Of a stretch of 64,000 nt of DNA, positions 27,331 through 38,839 are shown piece after piece. This stretch comes from Vicugna vicugna. Taxonomy: Eukaryota. Each line of letters starts with the position of its first letter. Position 1 is the first letter of the stretch. Both the position numbers and the translations under genes were made by a program. The stretch spans positions 2,572,686 through 2,636,685 of the forward strand of contig MU058337.1 of NCBI GenBank assembly GCA_013265495.1, in the 5' to 3' direction. The notes under the pieces are model-generated. The model did not search any database. It was given only the letters and a program-made list of their open reading frames with translations, and was not told where the DNA came from.

Positions 27331-28469
27331 CTAAAGGAAAGAACCAAAAGCTCTAACAGAAAGAACTGTTGGAGTGTATTAATTTTATGAAATTGCTCAG
27401 CCCCTCTCTGTCCTCCCACCATATCCCTGCCTAAGCTTGACAACACTTCCTTCACCAAAGCCTGAAGAAATGAAATAATGTCTCTCTTCCAAGGGCCAGG
27501 GTGGCTTTGGGCAATGTTGCAATCGTATTAGACTGAGAAATTGAGCAAAGTTTTATGGATTCTGGGACTTACAAAATTTGAAGTCCTTTAAGTAAAAATT
27601 GCAATTTATAAATGCAAACAGTGCAAAAATGACAGTTGATTTAGAATATAAAAATGGCTGCAGAAAATAAAAGCTGTCAAATAAAACTAATGTCACAAAA
27701 TCTAAGAAATAACTCTTAAAAATTAATTAAATTTACGGTCAATTCTTTAATACCAATTTTTTTTCTGTTGGGAGAGGTTGTTTGTTTTTAGTTTAGTTCT
27801 GTTTTGCTGTATGAGATCTATTCTTGCAACAGTGATTCACTGTGGTAGAGGCCAGATGGCCACACTTCACTCTCAGATAACGTGTGCCCAATTACTGTGA
27901 TAAGCTGCAGGTGTCTGTGCTTTGGCCGATTCATCACAAACCCCTAGGAGTGACATAGATGAGTGCCCCTTTAGGTCCTGTTTGCAAGTCTTTCAGGTTG
28001 AAATTGACTTGAGCTGCATTAGTGAGGATTGATGGCCTCTTGCTTGGTTTCTAACTCAAGTCAGTTCACAAATCTGATGCCCCTTGATTGATAGGAAGTT
28101 ATGTTACTTAAGGAAGAACCCATATCACAGCCCACTTCTGCTTTCATTGTAAAATTAGGACAATAGCAGCAGGATGGTTGGTCCAGCAACTGGACCTCCA
28201 TGAGGTAGAGTTGGGCCAGGATGCCATTTGCCACTTGACCTCCGTACCTTTCTACTGTGAGCAATGGATCTTGGCAGGATCTCAGCAGATTAGTAGAAGA
28301 ACAGAGACGGTATATTCTTGCTGACTCTAGATATTGACAACAGTATTACTCATGCAGACATTCAGGTAAAGGGCTGAAGATACCTTTAGAGAAAGACCAA
28401 AAGGAGGAAGGAGGTAAGAGGATATATAGTTAGTAACACGTGGACTCTCCACCTTAGTTACCAGATCTG

Positions 28470-29620
28470 TGAAAAGTTATTATGTTAGGAAGGGTCAAGT
28501 GGAAGCCCTTTCACGCCTCAATCACCATTATTGCATCCGTGAGGTCACACAAGATCCTGGTACCATCATCAAAGCCTTGAAGGGTTCAGAGCTTTTCCTA
28601 ACATGTCTCTATATGACGTGCCTGCTTGTTCAGTGAGAAAGCCAGGTGGGACTCCTTCCAGATGCCTGGGGATTATTAAAAATACACCTAGATGCTGATA
28701 TCAATTCCAGCTGTGATTGCAGGTGTGCGATCTCTGCTGGATCAAATAAAGACAATGTCTGGCATCTGGGGCATAATTATTAACCTAGCTCCATGCTTTA
28801 TTTTCAACTCCCTTCAAGAAAAATACTCAGATCATTTTGCCTCATGAGCCATGGACAGAAATTTAACTTCCCTTTCACACATCAGGATAATGTCAGTTTT
28901 CCTGCTTTCTGCAGTAATGAAGATTTCAAGTATTGTGATCATTTTAGCAGTACATAGAGCATCGTACTGTTCACTCACTGATGATATTGTGCTAATTGGA
29001 CCTGTGAGTAGGACAGAGCAAATCTTAGTAAGAATACATGGCAGAAGCTATAAATCCTGTGTAAGTCTAGAGCGGTGACAAATTGGAGAGTTTCCTACAA
29101 ATCCAGTGATATGAAGACTTTAAGAATATTTTGCAAGACAACTTTCTGTACCTTGCACTGCCTACTATAAAAAGAAAATAGGCAATTCCAGTAGACTGCT
29201 CTGACTCATTGACCAAAATATGTTAAGCTGACACATTCAATTGGGGCTGGGACTGAGTAAGACCCTCCACTGGTTCCAGGATGTAGCACAAGGGACACTG
29301 CCTCTTGGGTTTTATGACCCGGATGTGTCAATGGGAGATAAGAATGCTCTATAGAACCCCTGAAAAGCCTAGGAAACTGGCCTCCTTCTGCTGATGGTTG
29401 TTCTCCATTTCAAAAGTGCGTCCTAAGACTGAGCTTTGGAGCCAGCGACCCACATAACCACGTGACTATGCAGCTAAATTACGTGCTATGAATTGGTGTT
29501 GCATGATCCATCAAACTACAAAATTGGAAGTGCACTCAGCATTTCATTGTTAAATGGAAATGACATTTGCAAAGCAGGCTTGTGCAAGTCCAGAGGACTT
29601 AAGTAAACTCTAATTTGTGA
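28470..29620 (+). mobile_element. ERV-L internal pol (RT region) remnant, heavily disrupted
   Basis: Fragments IMLGRVKWKP (ERV-L: IMVGKAKWKP), SLLDQI..SGIW and TDDIVLIGP (ERV-L RT: YIDDIMLIG) occur in the expected order with many stops and frameshifts. Confidence 0.85.
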
Positions 29621-31639
29621 CTCGCATATGTCCATGGAGGAAAATTGTCATTTCTACACACAACACACAAAGCAGCTGCATTTGATTCTCAATTATCTGT
29701 ACCAACTTTGAATAGACACCTGAGAGTACAATCAACCATTAGTTATTATTAATCTTTTGAATAACTTACTCTTGAAGACACTTTTTAATCATTGGGGGGT
29801 GGTTTCTCATGGCTGAGAAACGGTTTCCTCTTATTAACCTAAATGACTGTCTCACATTCCTCTTCTACCCTTAGAAATTGAATTTCAACAAGACTACTCT
29901 GATAATTGGTGCATTCTTTTTATTTTTTGAAGATATTTACAGTGTTTGGTTTGTGCATTTTTGTCTTTTTTGGGTAACTTTTTATAGTTATATAGTTTAC
30001 TAGTTAAATATTTTTCTTTCGTCATTAAGTCTTTTAAATACTTCATAGTCCTTAGACTTGTTAAAAAACTAAACTATCACGTACCCATTTCATTCGACCA
30101 TTCTTATCGAGCATGTGCAGGCTCAAGTGGAGGCATAAACATGTTTGGAGTAGCCGGTCCTAATGCCTTGTGTCTTTTAACACACACTAACTGAACTTTG
30201 CAGAACCACCTCTAACAGCACATTGCACGTGGTGTCTACAAACAGAGTTTCCCGCAGATTTGTCACTGACTGTAATTCCGACAGTCCTCCTGGGGTCAGA
30301 TGATTCTTGGTATTCTTACCAGATCAACATTGATTACTCTTCCTCACACGCCGGAAGTCATCCTGCCTTGCACGCAGGCTGGGTCTTTGAATTGCCGTGA
30401 AGAGAGCACGAGTCATCATTATAAGACTTGCACTCTCGGTCATGTGGGGAGGAAAGAGTTTCTTTCAATGATTTTTTTCCCCCGGGCTTGCCAGGAGTTA
30501 GCAGACTTCCAAAGAAATAGCAGAAATGCTGGTCCGTGTGGGACCGGGAGGCAAGGAGGTGACAAAGAGACTCCCTTTAAAATCATTCATCTTGCAGACT
30601 GATTCTTCAAGCTGACTGACAAATTGGAGAGGAGAGACCAATATAGAAAAGATTTATTTTCTTTTATGTGGCTAGAAATAGCTTAATTTCTTTTTGAAAA
30701 AAAAAAGTATTATTAATGAAATTGAAACCAAGAAGAACTACCCTAGATTGCCTTGAATAAGCATCAGGTGCTTCCACGGCACAATGTTTATTTGACTGTA
30801 TTTTTTCCAGACTCCAGTTCCTACCCTTGTGCTGAGAAGAGTGATGCTCTTCTACTGAAGTGAGAAGCCATGTGAAAGGAGTAGCCATACCGTCTCCACG
30901 CTTCAGTCATTCCTTATGGCCTCTTTCCTATGCCCACATGCAATGAAAATTAATAAGGCAAAACCTTTTGGCTGTTTTGAATCCCCTGGTTCTTATGGTA
31001 AATGAGAAGCTAACTGACCCACACATTTAAGGGAGAAAGGAAAAAGAGACTAAGATAAATGATAACAAAAGTATATAAATATTCTGAATCTCTTAAGTTT
31101 TTGAAATAATATAATATAAAAAAACTTCCCAGCATAATGGAATTGAGCTATATTTATTGATGCATAAATATTTCCACAACAAAGGTTAAGATTTTAAAAA
31201 GTTTTATAGCAGCATATCTAAGACGGTCACAGTTTTCTTTAAAAGCTATTAAGCACAGAAGGATACATCTCTCAGAAATCATGCATCGCGAAATCTAAGC
31301 GGCAGCCATAGTGTGAAGTGATCTGAGGTGACCGTTACTGCATTCTGCATACTTACTCTATTCTCTGTTTTTTACCAAGCATGAATTATGACAATAAATT
31401 AACGGTCTCAGTGTGAGTGTCACATCAGTTATATTAATGCTCTTTCTCATTGTTTAGAAATGTATTAGAATTTATGTTTTTAAAATTTATTTTTATTTAT
31501 TTTTTGCCTCTTTGGCATGCATTTATTGCCCTTTTCCCATAGGTCTTACACATTGTGATCTGAATCAATCAGATATTAATCAATCAGGTATTAATCAACC
31601 TCTCACAGAGTGCATTGTGAAGATGTGATTAGAACATCT

Positions 31640-31960
31640 GATCACTGATGACTGAGTGCTACTCTGTGCCAAGGGTTTCCCTGGTAATGTCACCTGCATC
31701 AACTTATTTCAGCCTCGGACAGCTGTGTGAAGTAAGCATAATTCCTAATACTTGGTAATAATTTATAAGTTCAGAAGACTTTGTGAATTTCACCCAGTGC
31801 ATTTTGATTGATGTTGTAGCAACCAGTCATGTGTGTACCACAGCTCCATTTCACAGGTAAGGAAGCTGAGGCTCAAAATGTTTCCGTAAGTCACTGACAG
31901 CTATTCAGGAATTGATTATCAAAGTCAGAATTCAAATACAGATTCCGAACATTAGAAATA
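31640..31960 (-). mobile_element. MIR fragments
   Basis: ccatttcacaggtaaggaagctgaggctcaaa core and actgagtgctactctgtgccaagg. Confidence 0.7.
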
Positions 31961-32135
31961 CTTTGCTCCTTCTTTGGTATCCATTGCTCAATTCTTGGAG
32001 AGGAATAAAACTTTAAGAGGTTTAATTTTTCTCTCCAAGGACACTCTGTAGAGAAGAGCTAGAATTCTAATCTAGGTCTTCAAAGTCTTTTCAATAAAAC
32101 TGTGTCACTGTTTCGGGATATGTAGGGTGTGTGCC

Positions 32136-32160
32136 TGTGTGTGTGTGTGTGTGTGTGTGT
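32136..32160. repeat. (TG)n microsatellite
   Basis: About 12 uninterrupted TG units. Confidence 0.95.
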
Positions 32161-33299
32161 AATCCATAATATCACACAAATCCCATAATATTCCCCCAGG
32201 TATTGTCATTAAAATTAATTATAGTACAATAATATAGACTACAGTCTTCTAAATAAACTTTTGTCAAGCACATGCTGTCATTGTAGTTTCCTGATGGACA
32301 GATGTTCCTGTAGTTCATCGATATCTCTGGTTCTTCTTTCTGTCTGAGGTTTTGCAGGGAATACACTTTCCTACCCTCTTGCAGGTAATTATAACTGAGT
32401 AATATGAGAACACAGCACTTCGAGGCAGAAGCACTTCAGAGCTGATGTGTGACTTTTGATCTCTCTATTCTCCCTAGTTCTGGCAAATCTTGAAAGTTTG
32501 CACTGGACTCATAGTGAGCTGGGCGATTCTCTGTTAGCTGGGATCTGAGCAGATTCACCCAGTCTGCTCTAAAACTTAAATCCTTGGTTTCTATACTATG
32601 TCTCACGTTTTAAAATAAACAACTGAAATTCACCTTACAGGATGTGTTGGTATGTATTTTCTTATTAAAATGTTTTCCTTTTTTATTAATGTCTTTAAAC
32701 TTTTTAAAATGCACACCAGTGCTATGCAGCCCACAAACATGCAGGTGCCTGTTTTTCGTGCTACGTCTCTAGCTCTGATCAGAATCTGAGTGTTCTCTTA
32801 CGATCTGAGTTAGCTCATTGGCTCTTACAGCCAAACCAACCCTTAGCCTTAAGGTGGCATAATTTTCAAGTTCAACTCAAGTCTGTGAAGCAAGCAGCTG
32901 TAACTCACCTTTTCACAATATGCTTGGAGAATGTCTTTGAAGAACTGCCTGTTGTAGGTTTCATAAGGGCCCTGAGAAGAATAGTATATTCAGATGAATT
33001 TTATATGAGGTAGATAAGAGATTTAAAATAATGTCTTTAAAGTAATAATTTTTTTTAAAAAAATTGAGTTTATCTCCTTAAATGCTCAGAGACTTGAAAA
33101 TAAGAAAATTGTAATGAGGAAGAGGCACCTACATGCCCTGAGATCAAATTAAATGTACTGACATGACAAATGAAGTTTGACGGTATGTATTTCTCACTGC
33201 TATAGGTTTTGCTTTCTACTTTATTCCAAAAAGACTTGCAAAGAGTTGATGCTGAATGATTGGCATGTGTTTGATTTCTTCTTGTTTCACGATGCTTGG

Positions 33300-33600
33300 A
33301 CCTGAAGCTGATTGTTTCACGATGTCCTCTCCTGGCTGGAACGCCATTCCCTGATTCCTACTGTGGTTGGCCCTCCTTCCTTTTTAGAGATTTAGCTTTG
33401 TTTTCATCGTTTTTGACACCCCTTCATCATTGTTTCTACTCCTTAGGCACCTGACCTCCATCTTAGTGATTCCCCCTGCCCCCATGTGATGTCCTAATGC
33501 GGCTGCATCACACCTCAATTAAATACAATTTCTAATCCATTAGTTCCTTACCTCTGTCCTCAACCTCATTGTGATTTGCTTGAAACCAAAGAGAGTCTGT
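33300..33600 (+). mobile_element. L2 fragment
   Basis: tcctctcctggctggaacgccattccc...tgtgatttgcttgaaaccaaagagagtctgttt. Confidence 0.55.
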
Positions 33601-33962
33601 TTTATTTTTCTTAACAGCTTTATTGAGCTGTAACTCATATACCATATAGTCCACACACTTACAACACACAAGTCAATGGATTTTAGTTTATTCTCATGAT
33701 TGCACAATCATCAGATTAAATCCTCAGACAAAGCTGTTACAATTCCAGACAGAGAAAGATTTGGATAGGTATCACAACATGGTAAAGTCAAGCTGGGGAC
33801 TAGAACATGGTGCTTCTAATCAAAATACATTTAAAAAAATCTAAATTTAGAATCTAAATTTAAAAGATTTTATGCCCTATTAAAACAGCTCCAACCCATT
33901 AGCAGTCAGTCCTCCCTCTTCCGCATACTTCTCCAGCCCAGAGCAACCAACATCTTTGTATT
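33601..33962 (-). mobile_element. L1MB-like 3' end, split by a 118-bp insertion
   Basis: aacagctttattgagctgtaactcatataccata...tgcacaatcatca, then non-L1 sequence, then atctaaatttagaa...acccattagcagtca...ccagcccagagcaacca. Confidence 0.8.
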
Positions 33963-35803
33963 ATTTGCAGTTACTGCAATGGTAGATACACAGTAAATTA
34001 TAAATGTTTGCTTTAAAATACAAGAAATAATATGTATTAGTTTCTGGGTCTTTCCTAACAAAATATTATAAACTGAGTGACTTAAAAACAACAGAAATGT
34101 ATTGCCTTATAATTCCGGAGTTCAAAAGTCCAAAACAAAAGTGTTGCCAGAGTCCTGCTCCCTCTGAATACTGTCAGGGAAACTTTCCTTGCCTTTTCCA
34201 GTTGCGGGTGGTTACCGGTGGTCTTTGGTGTTTCTTGATTTACAGCTGAGTAACTCCGATCTTTGTCTTTTTAATTTCATGATCTTCTTTCTGTGACTCA
34301 CCTTCATATGACCATCTTCTTAGAAGGACATCAATCATATTGGTTTAGGGCCTTCCTTGATCTTCCGTGGCCTCATATTAGCTAATCACACCTACAAAGA
34401 CCTAAATTTCAAATAAAGTCACATGAGAGGCACTGGGGGTTAGGACCTCAATATATTTTGTGGGGGGACAAGAGGGACTGAAGGGCAGCAAATCAAACAA
34501 TATTGGAATGGATTAATGACCAATGAACATTTTCTTTGTCGTTTACAAAGGCTTTCATGTTAAACATGCTGAAAGTGAATAATTGTGTCATTTTTACTTC
34601 TCCAAATAGACATCTATCCACAGCATAAATATTTTTAAAGTTATACTATGAGTCACTCGGAGTACATTATTTCTAACATAGGCTGCTACGTTAGGTGAAA
34701 ATTAACTGACTGGATTTTAATCCAGATCTTTTTAATGTTTCTATTTCCCATCTACAGTCCTCAAGTTCTCTTTGGGGACATCTCCAGCAGAATTATAAGT
34801 GAAAGTCTCCACCAACACAGCCCACACTATACCTCTTCATGGAAATAATGCTGCCTGCTTGAATAGTTCAAATTAGAACTGCGTTATTATAAGTAAGATT
34901 GGTGAAATGCGGTTACGTTTTTGGTGTCGAAACAGCATCACTGATCAACAAACGATGAGACAGCAATTTGTTCAGGAATTGGAGCAGAAATTAATTCGAA
35001 AACTGTACAGCAGTACCCATTAGACAGCAATAACCCAGCCCAACATGAGAAGCTGTTAGGAGTTGGGTGAAGAAGGAGAAAACGTAACATAATTTTAAGG
35101 ATATGAATTTGGGATAGACTTGTAGTTGCCAGACACTGGTTGTACCCAAAACTCTCCCAGGAGATGGGACCACCAAGGAAGTGTATAGAAAGAAAGAACA
35201 ATGAATAAAGGATCTGAGGGAAAAGCTGCTTCAGGTTTACATTTGTTGAGTGTTTATGTAACTGTAATAAGTTATCAGCAATTTATGGGTGCACCTCTAT
35301 GGCCGTATCTCCAAAGGAACTAGCTAGGAAAAAAAAAAACTAGCTTGAAAAATGTACTTATCTAAGTGTGTCATTAATCTTGTGATGCTAAATCTGAACT
35401 ACAAAAGAAACTTTTATCTGAATCAAAGAAGAAATTGCAAATAAATCACGAGTCGATCTCCTGCTATATTTTGTAATTTTCCTTTTGTAATTAGTTTTTT
35501 GATTTATAAGATGTTACTTTCTCTTGATTTCAAGAAACCTGAACCCTTGATAGCTTAATGTTTTTGATGGCCTGGTTGCTTCAAATATTTCTTTCACATG
35601 TTAACCTGTTTTTCCCTTAACATTCGCTTAAACACGAAAGGAGGAAACCTCTTCTATCACAATATAGGCATTATGAATGTCTTAAAAATGCATTTTGATT
35701 AGAAGCACCATGTTCTAGTCTCCAATATGACTTTATCACGTTCTAATATCTATATAAATCTTCCTCTGTCTTGAATTCTAACGATTTTGTCTGAGGATTT
35801 AAT
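33715..35803. repeat. Long-spacer inverted repeat: arms 33715-33832 and 35686-35803
   Basis: Ungapped manual alignment of arm 1 with the reverse complement of arm 2 gives 100/118 identities. Confidence 0.95.
34033..34472 (-). mobile_element. MaLR solo LTR, MLT1C-like
   Basis: tgtattagtttc...aaactgagtgacttaaaaacaacagaaatgtatt...aaataaagtcacat...ctgggggttaggacctcaata. Confidence 0.9.
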
Positions 35804-38469
35804 GTTTTATATAGAAAATCTGAAAAGTCACATTTGTGGTTTTTCCTCATTGCTTGGTTTCATAGCTGAATTAAGATGGACCTAAAAAATTTCTTTGCTA
35901 ATTTTATTTATTTAAAAAAGTTTTTGAATGCCTTCATTTTCCTTGTGGGCCGAGAGTGTTCTGGATCACGTGCGGATTATGCTGGTGAATAAAGCAAAGT
36001 TACATCCTTTAAGAAGTCTTGCAGTCAAGCAGTTTAACAAAACAGAGATGTGAACAAAAAGACTGAGATTTTGAATATCAGTTCTGAGCCAGAATATTGG
36101 TGAAGACTGCGCTGTTTTCAGTAAGTTCAGATTACTTACAAATTTAACACGTAGATTCTTTCTCTCCAAACGTTTTTTACGTTTTGTAATTTGACCTGGA
36201 TGTTTAACAGAAAAATTATGGCAAAGAACAGCTATCTCCATGAATGTGTAAGTGGACTAATGAATTAATGAACTTAATACAGGCACAGAGTAAAGAACTT
36301 AGGCATCAATTGAGAAAAGCACTCTTTTTGTAATTAAAATCTTTTAAAGAGTTTCATTTGTCTGCTTATGTTTAAAACAGAAGATAAAGGTTTATAAGAA
36401 TTTAAATTTATGTTCCACCTCTAATTTTTAGACCTAGTCTTTGTAGGTCAACATGAGTAGGTTATAGCTCGCCTACTATTTGTTTTCAGGGTGAACGTAA
36501 CAGTTCTTTTTCACTCTTATCAAATTTCAAACTTTTTTAGAAGTACTAAAGTACACTTAACAAAAAGATAACATTCCTTGGAAAGAGGCTCTTGCTTAGA
36601 AATATGAGTCTATAAGGTTTTTGTGTGTGTGCTTTGCTTTTTTTTTAAACCATAGCAAACTCTTGTTAGTGCTATAGTAGAGATTTAAAATAATAAGAAA
36701 CAAAAGATAAGAAAGGCCAAATGGTTGAACGATATTTTATCTCTGAAAGTATCCCAATGACAGCCTGACACTAAAACAATCTACATTGTGTAGCAGAACA
36801 GTTAAAATCAGTGTGGCCATCTGGAAACATTCCAGGCATTATGGATTGATGGCCAAAGACAATTCCCTTTTAACAAGTGAGCACATTCACGCAAAACCCC
36901 AACTTGAAGTCGATGGAAGAGAAAACGCTTGTATAAAAAAAGCAACAGGCTGAAGAGGAGGATTCTTTACATGGAGAAAATGAACAGTCGTAAAAATTTT
37001 TTAGAAGTGTAATGGTGATGACAATAACAAAATTCATATTACCAAAATTAGGTCCATGTGAATATTGCCCCAGCCTATTTAAACCTGCACTTGTGTTTTT
37101 AAAATTTTTTTCATTTTATGCACTACAGAAAGAGAAGAAAATAAATATATGATAAATCACTGTGCATTAAAAACTCAATAATTTAATAATCTAAAATAAA
37201 AATAAGAAAGAAAAAAAACTGATAGCCTCATATAAACTTAAGTCACTGGCCCAGTGTGTGCACACAGGTACTACCAAACTCCATTTTGAAATTGTGATGC
37301 ATTAGTAAGTGTTTCGTTATAATTAATCTGTACGTTTACGTTTTTGTAAAGGAAATTCAAGTGAATGCAGCTAAATCATGTTTCAAGGCAGAATAATTAA
37401 ACACCGAGGGATATTCTCCCCACAGTGATTACGGGAAAGAACTTTGTAAAGTGGAAAATGGGAGATGGCTGTTGACAAGCAGTGTCTAAAATGTTCGAGT
37501 GAATCCGCATGAAACTGACCTGCAAATTTGGTTGTGCTTCTAGCATCAATGCTTAGAACTATTTTTGAATGCAGTTACAATTGTATAGGTGGCACCAATC
37601 CAGAGAACAGCTGTCCCCACTGAAGCGCCAGTTGTGCACAGGATTGTTTCGTGGTGATTTTCCCCATTCCGTGTCAGTGTCTTTGGGAAATTTGGGAACA
37701 AATAAAAATTACCATAGTTTACACATTAACACTTTACACAAAAAAAATTTTATGATATTTTGAAAATCATCATCAATCACAAGTTGACCATGTATCAGAC
37801 ATGATTTGAAGAGTATAGGGGTTTTTTTGGAAGCTCTTATGATTTATTTGTAATTATCATTAATTTGCATGAGCAAGTACCCACTTTTGAATAAAACTGC
37901 TTGATATTGTATGAAAAAGCATCAATGGACACAGTCCATGTATCACTGAGACCCCGGCTGCGGTGCACTGTTGTTCCTGCTACGTTCTGTATTCAACCCG
38001 CGGACAGCAGCCTCCCAGGATGAGGGGATCAGACTGCTCCGGTGCCTAAGACACTTCTTTATCACGAACGAACCATGATTGTTTTTCTGCTTCAGTAGCA
38101 TGACGTAATTTATTAAAGGATGAGTTTTGTTAAAAGGTAGTCCATTTTGAATTGTCACAAACGCGAAACCTGTCCCCAAATAATAATAGATGTTTAACTC
38201 AGAGTCAGAGCACAATTTTATTATACCTTTAAGAAGTCCCTTACACTTCCTGAGCACATAAACGCTCCTTGTTTTTGCTACTGTCACAGACATAGCTTAA
38301 GAATTCTGAGTGGAATATTTCTAACATAAGAGCCTCAGGGTTTATCTGGAAAAGTGAAATTGTGAGTTACACAGGCTTTGTCTGATTCCTAGCTTTAGAA
38401 CTTATCCGAAATGTGATGCTGCTTTCTAAATATGGTGCCTTTCAATGATCAAATACACTGTCCAGTTTG

Positions 38470-38580
38470 CTTGCCTGGAAACTGTGGATTATCAGGATTA
38501 AAAGAGAAAATCAATGCAAGAAGCTTAGCCCTGTGCCTGGCTCAGAGTAAGCGAAATATTTGAAATAATAATAATAAAGA
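38470..38580 (+). mobile_element. MIR 3' fragment
   Basis: aggattaaaagaga...gcttagccctgtgcctggctcagagtaagc. Confidence 0.75.
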
Positions 38581-38839
38581 CATATGTCACCAATGGAATT
38601 TTTTTGAGCATTTTCTTAATTTTTGATCCCACCTAATGCTCTAGGCTCATCTCCTGCATTTTCTCCCTCAGTCCTAGAATCAACTGCTCATCCAAATGGC
38701 CCTGGCCCTTGTTACTGAAAAATGATTGTAGAAACCATGATCTGATGAGCTCTTTACAACTAGGATATAATTTCTTTTGGGCACTTTCAGTACTCAGAGC
38801 AGCCCAAGTATACACACATATCTATAAATACTTCTGTAT

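Noticed and set aside
28851..29078. ORF containing TDDIVLIGP as a domesticated reverse transcriptase
   Set aside because: The YIDD motif has decayed to LTDD and the surrounding pol sequence is full of stops and frameshifts.
33282..33324. 13-bp direct repeat ttgtttcacgatg with a 30-bp period
   Set aside because: Only two copies at the edge of an L2; consistent with a small local duplication, not an array.
33715..35803. Inverted arms as terminal inverted repeats of a 2.1-kb DNA transposon
   Set aside because: The host L1 resumes inside the arms right after the left arm rather than outside the right arm; no target-site duplication or transposase remnant seen.
37990..38012. REST/RE1-like ggacagc motifs here and near 31708-31725
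   Set aside because: The left half-site (TCAGCACC) and spacing do not match the canonical RE1.
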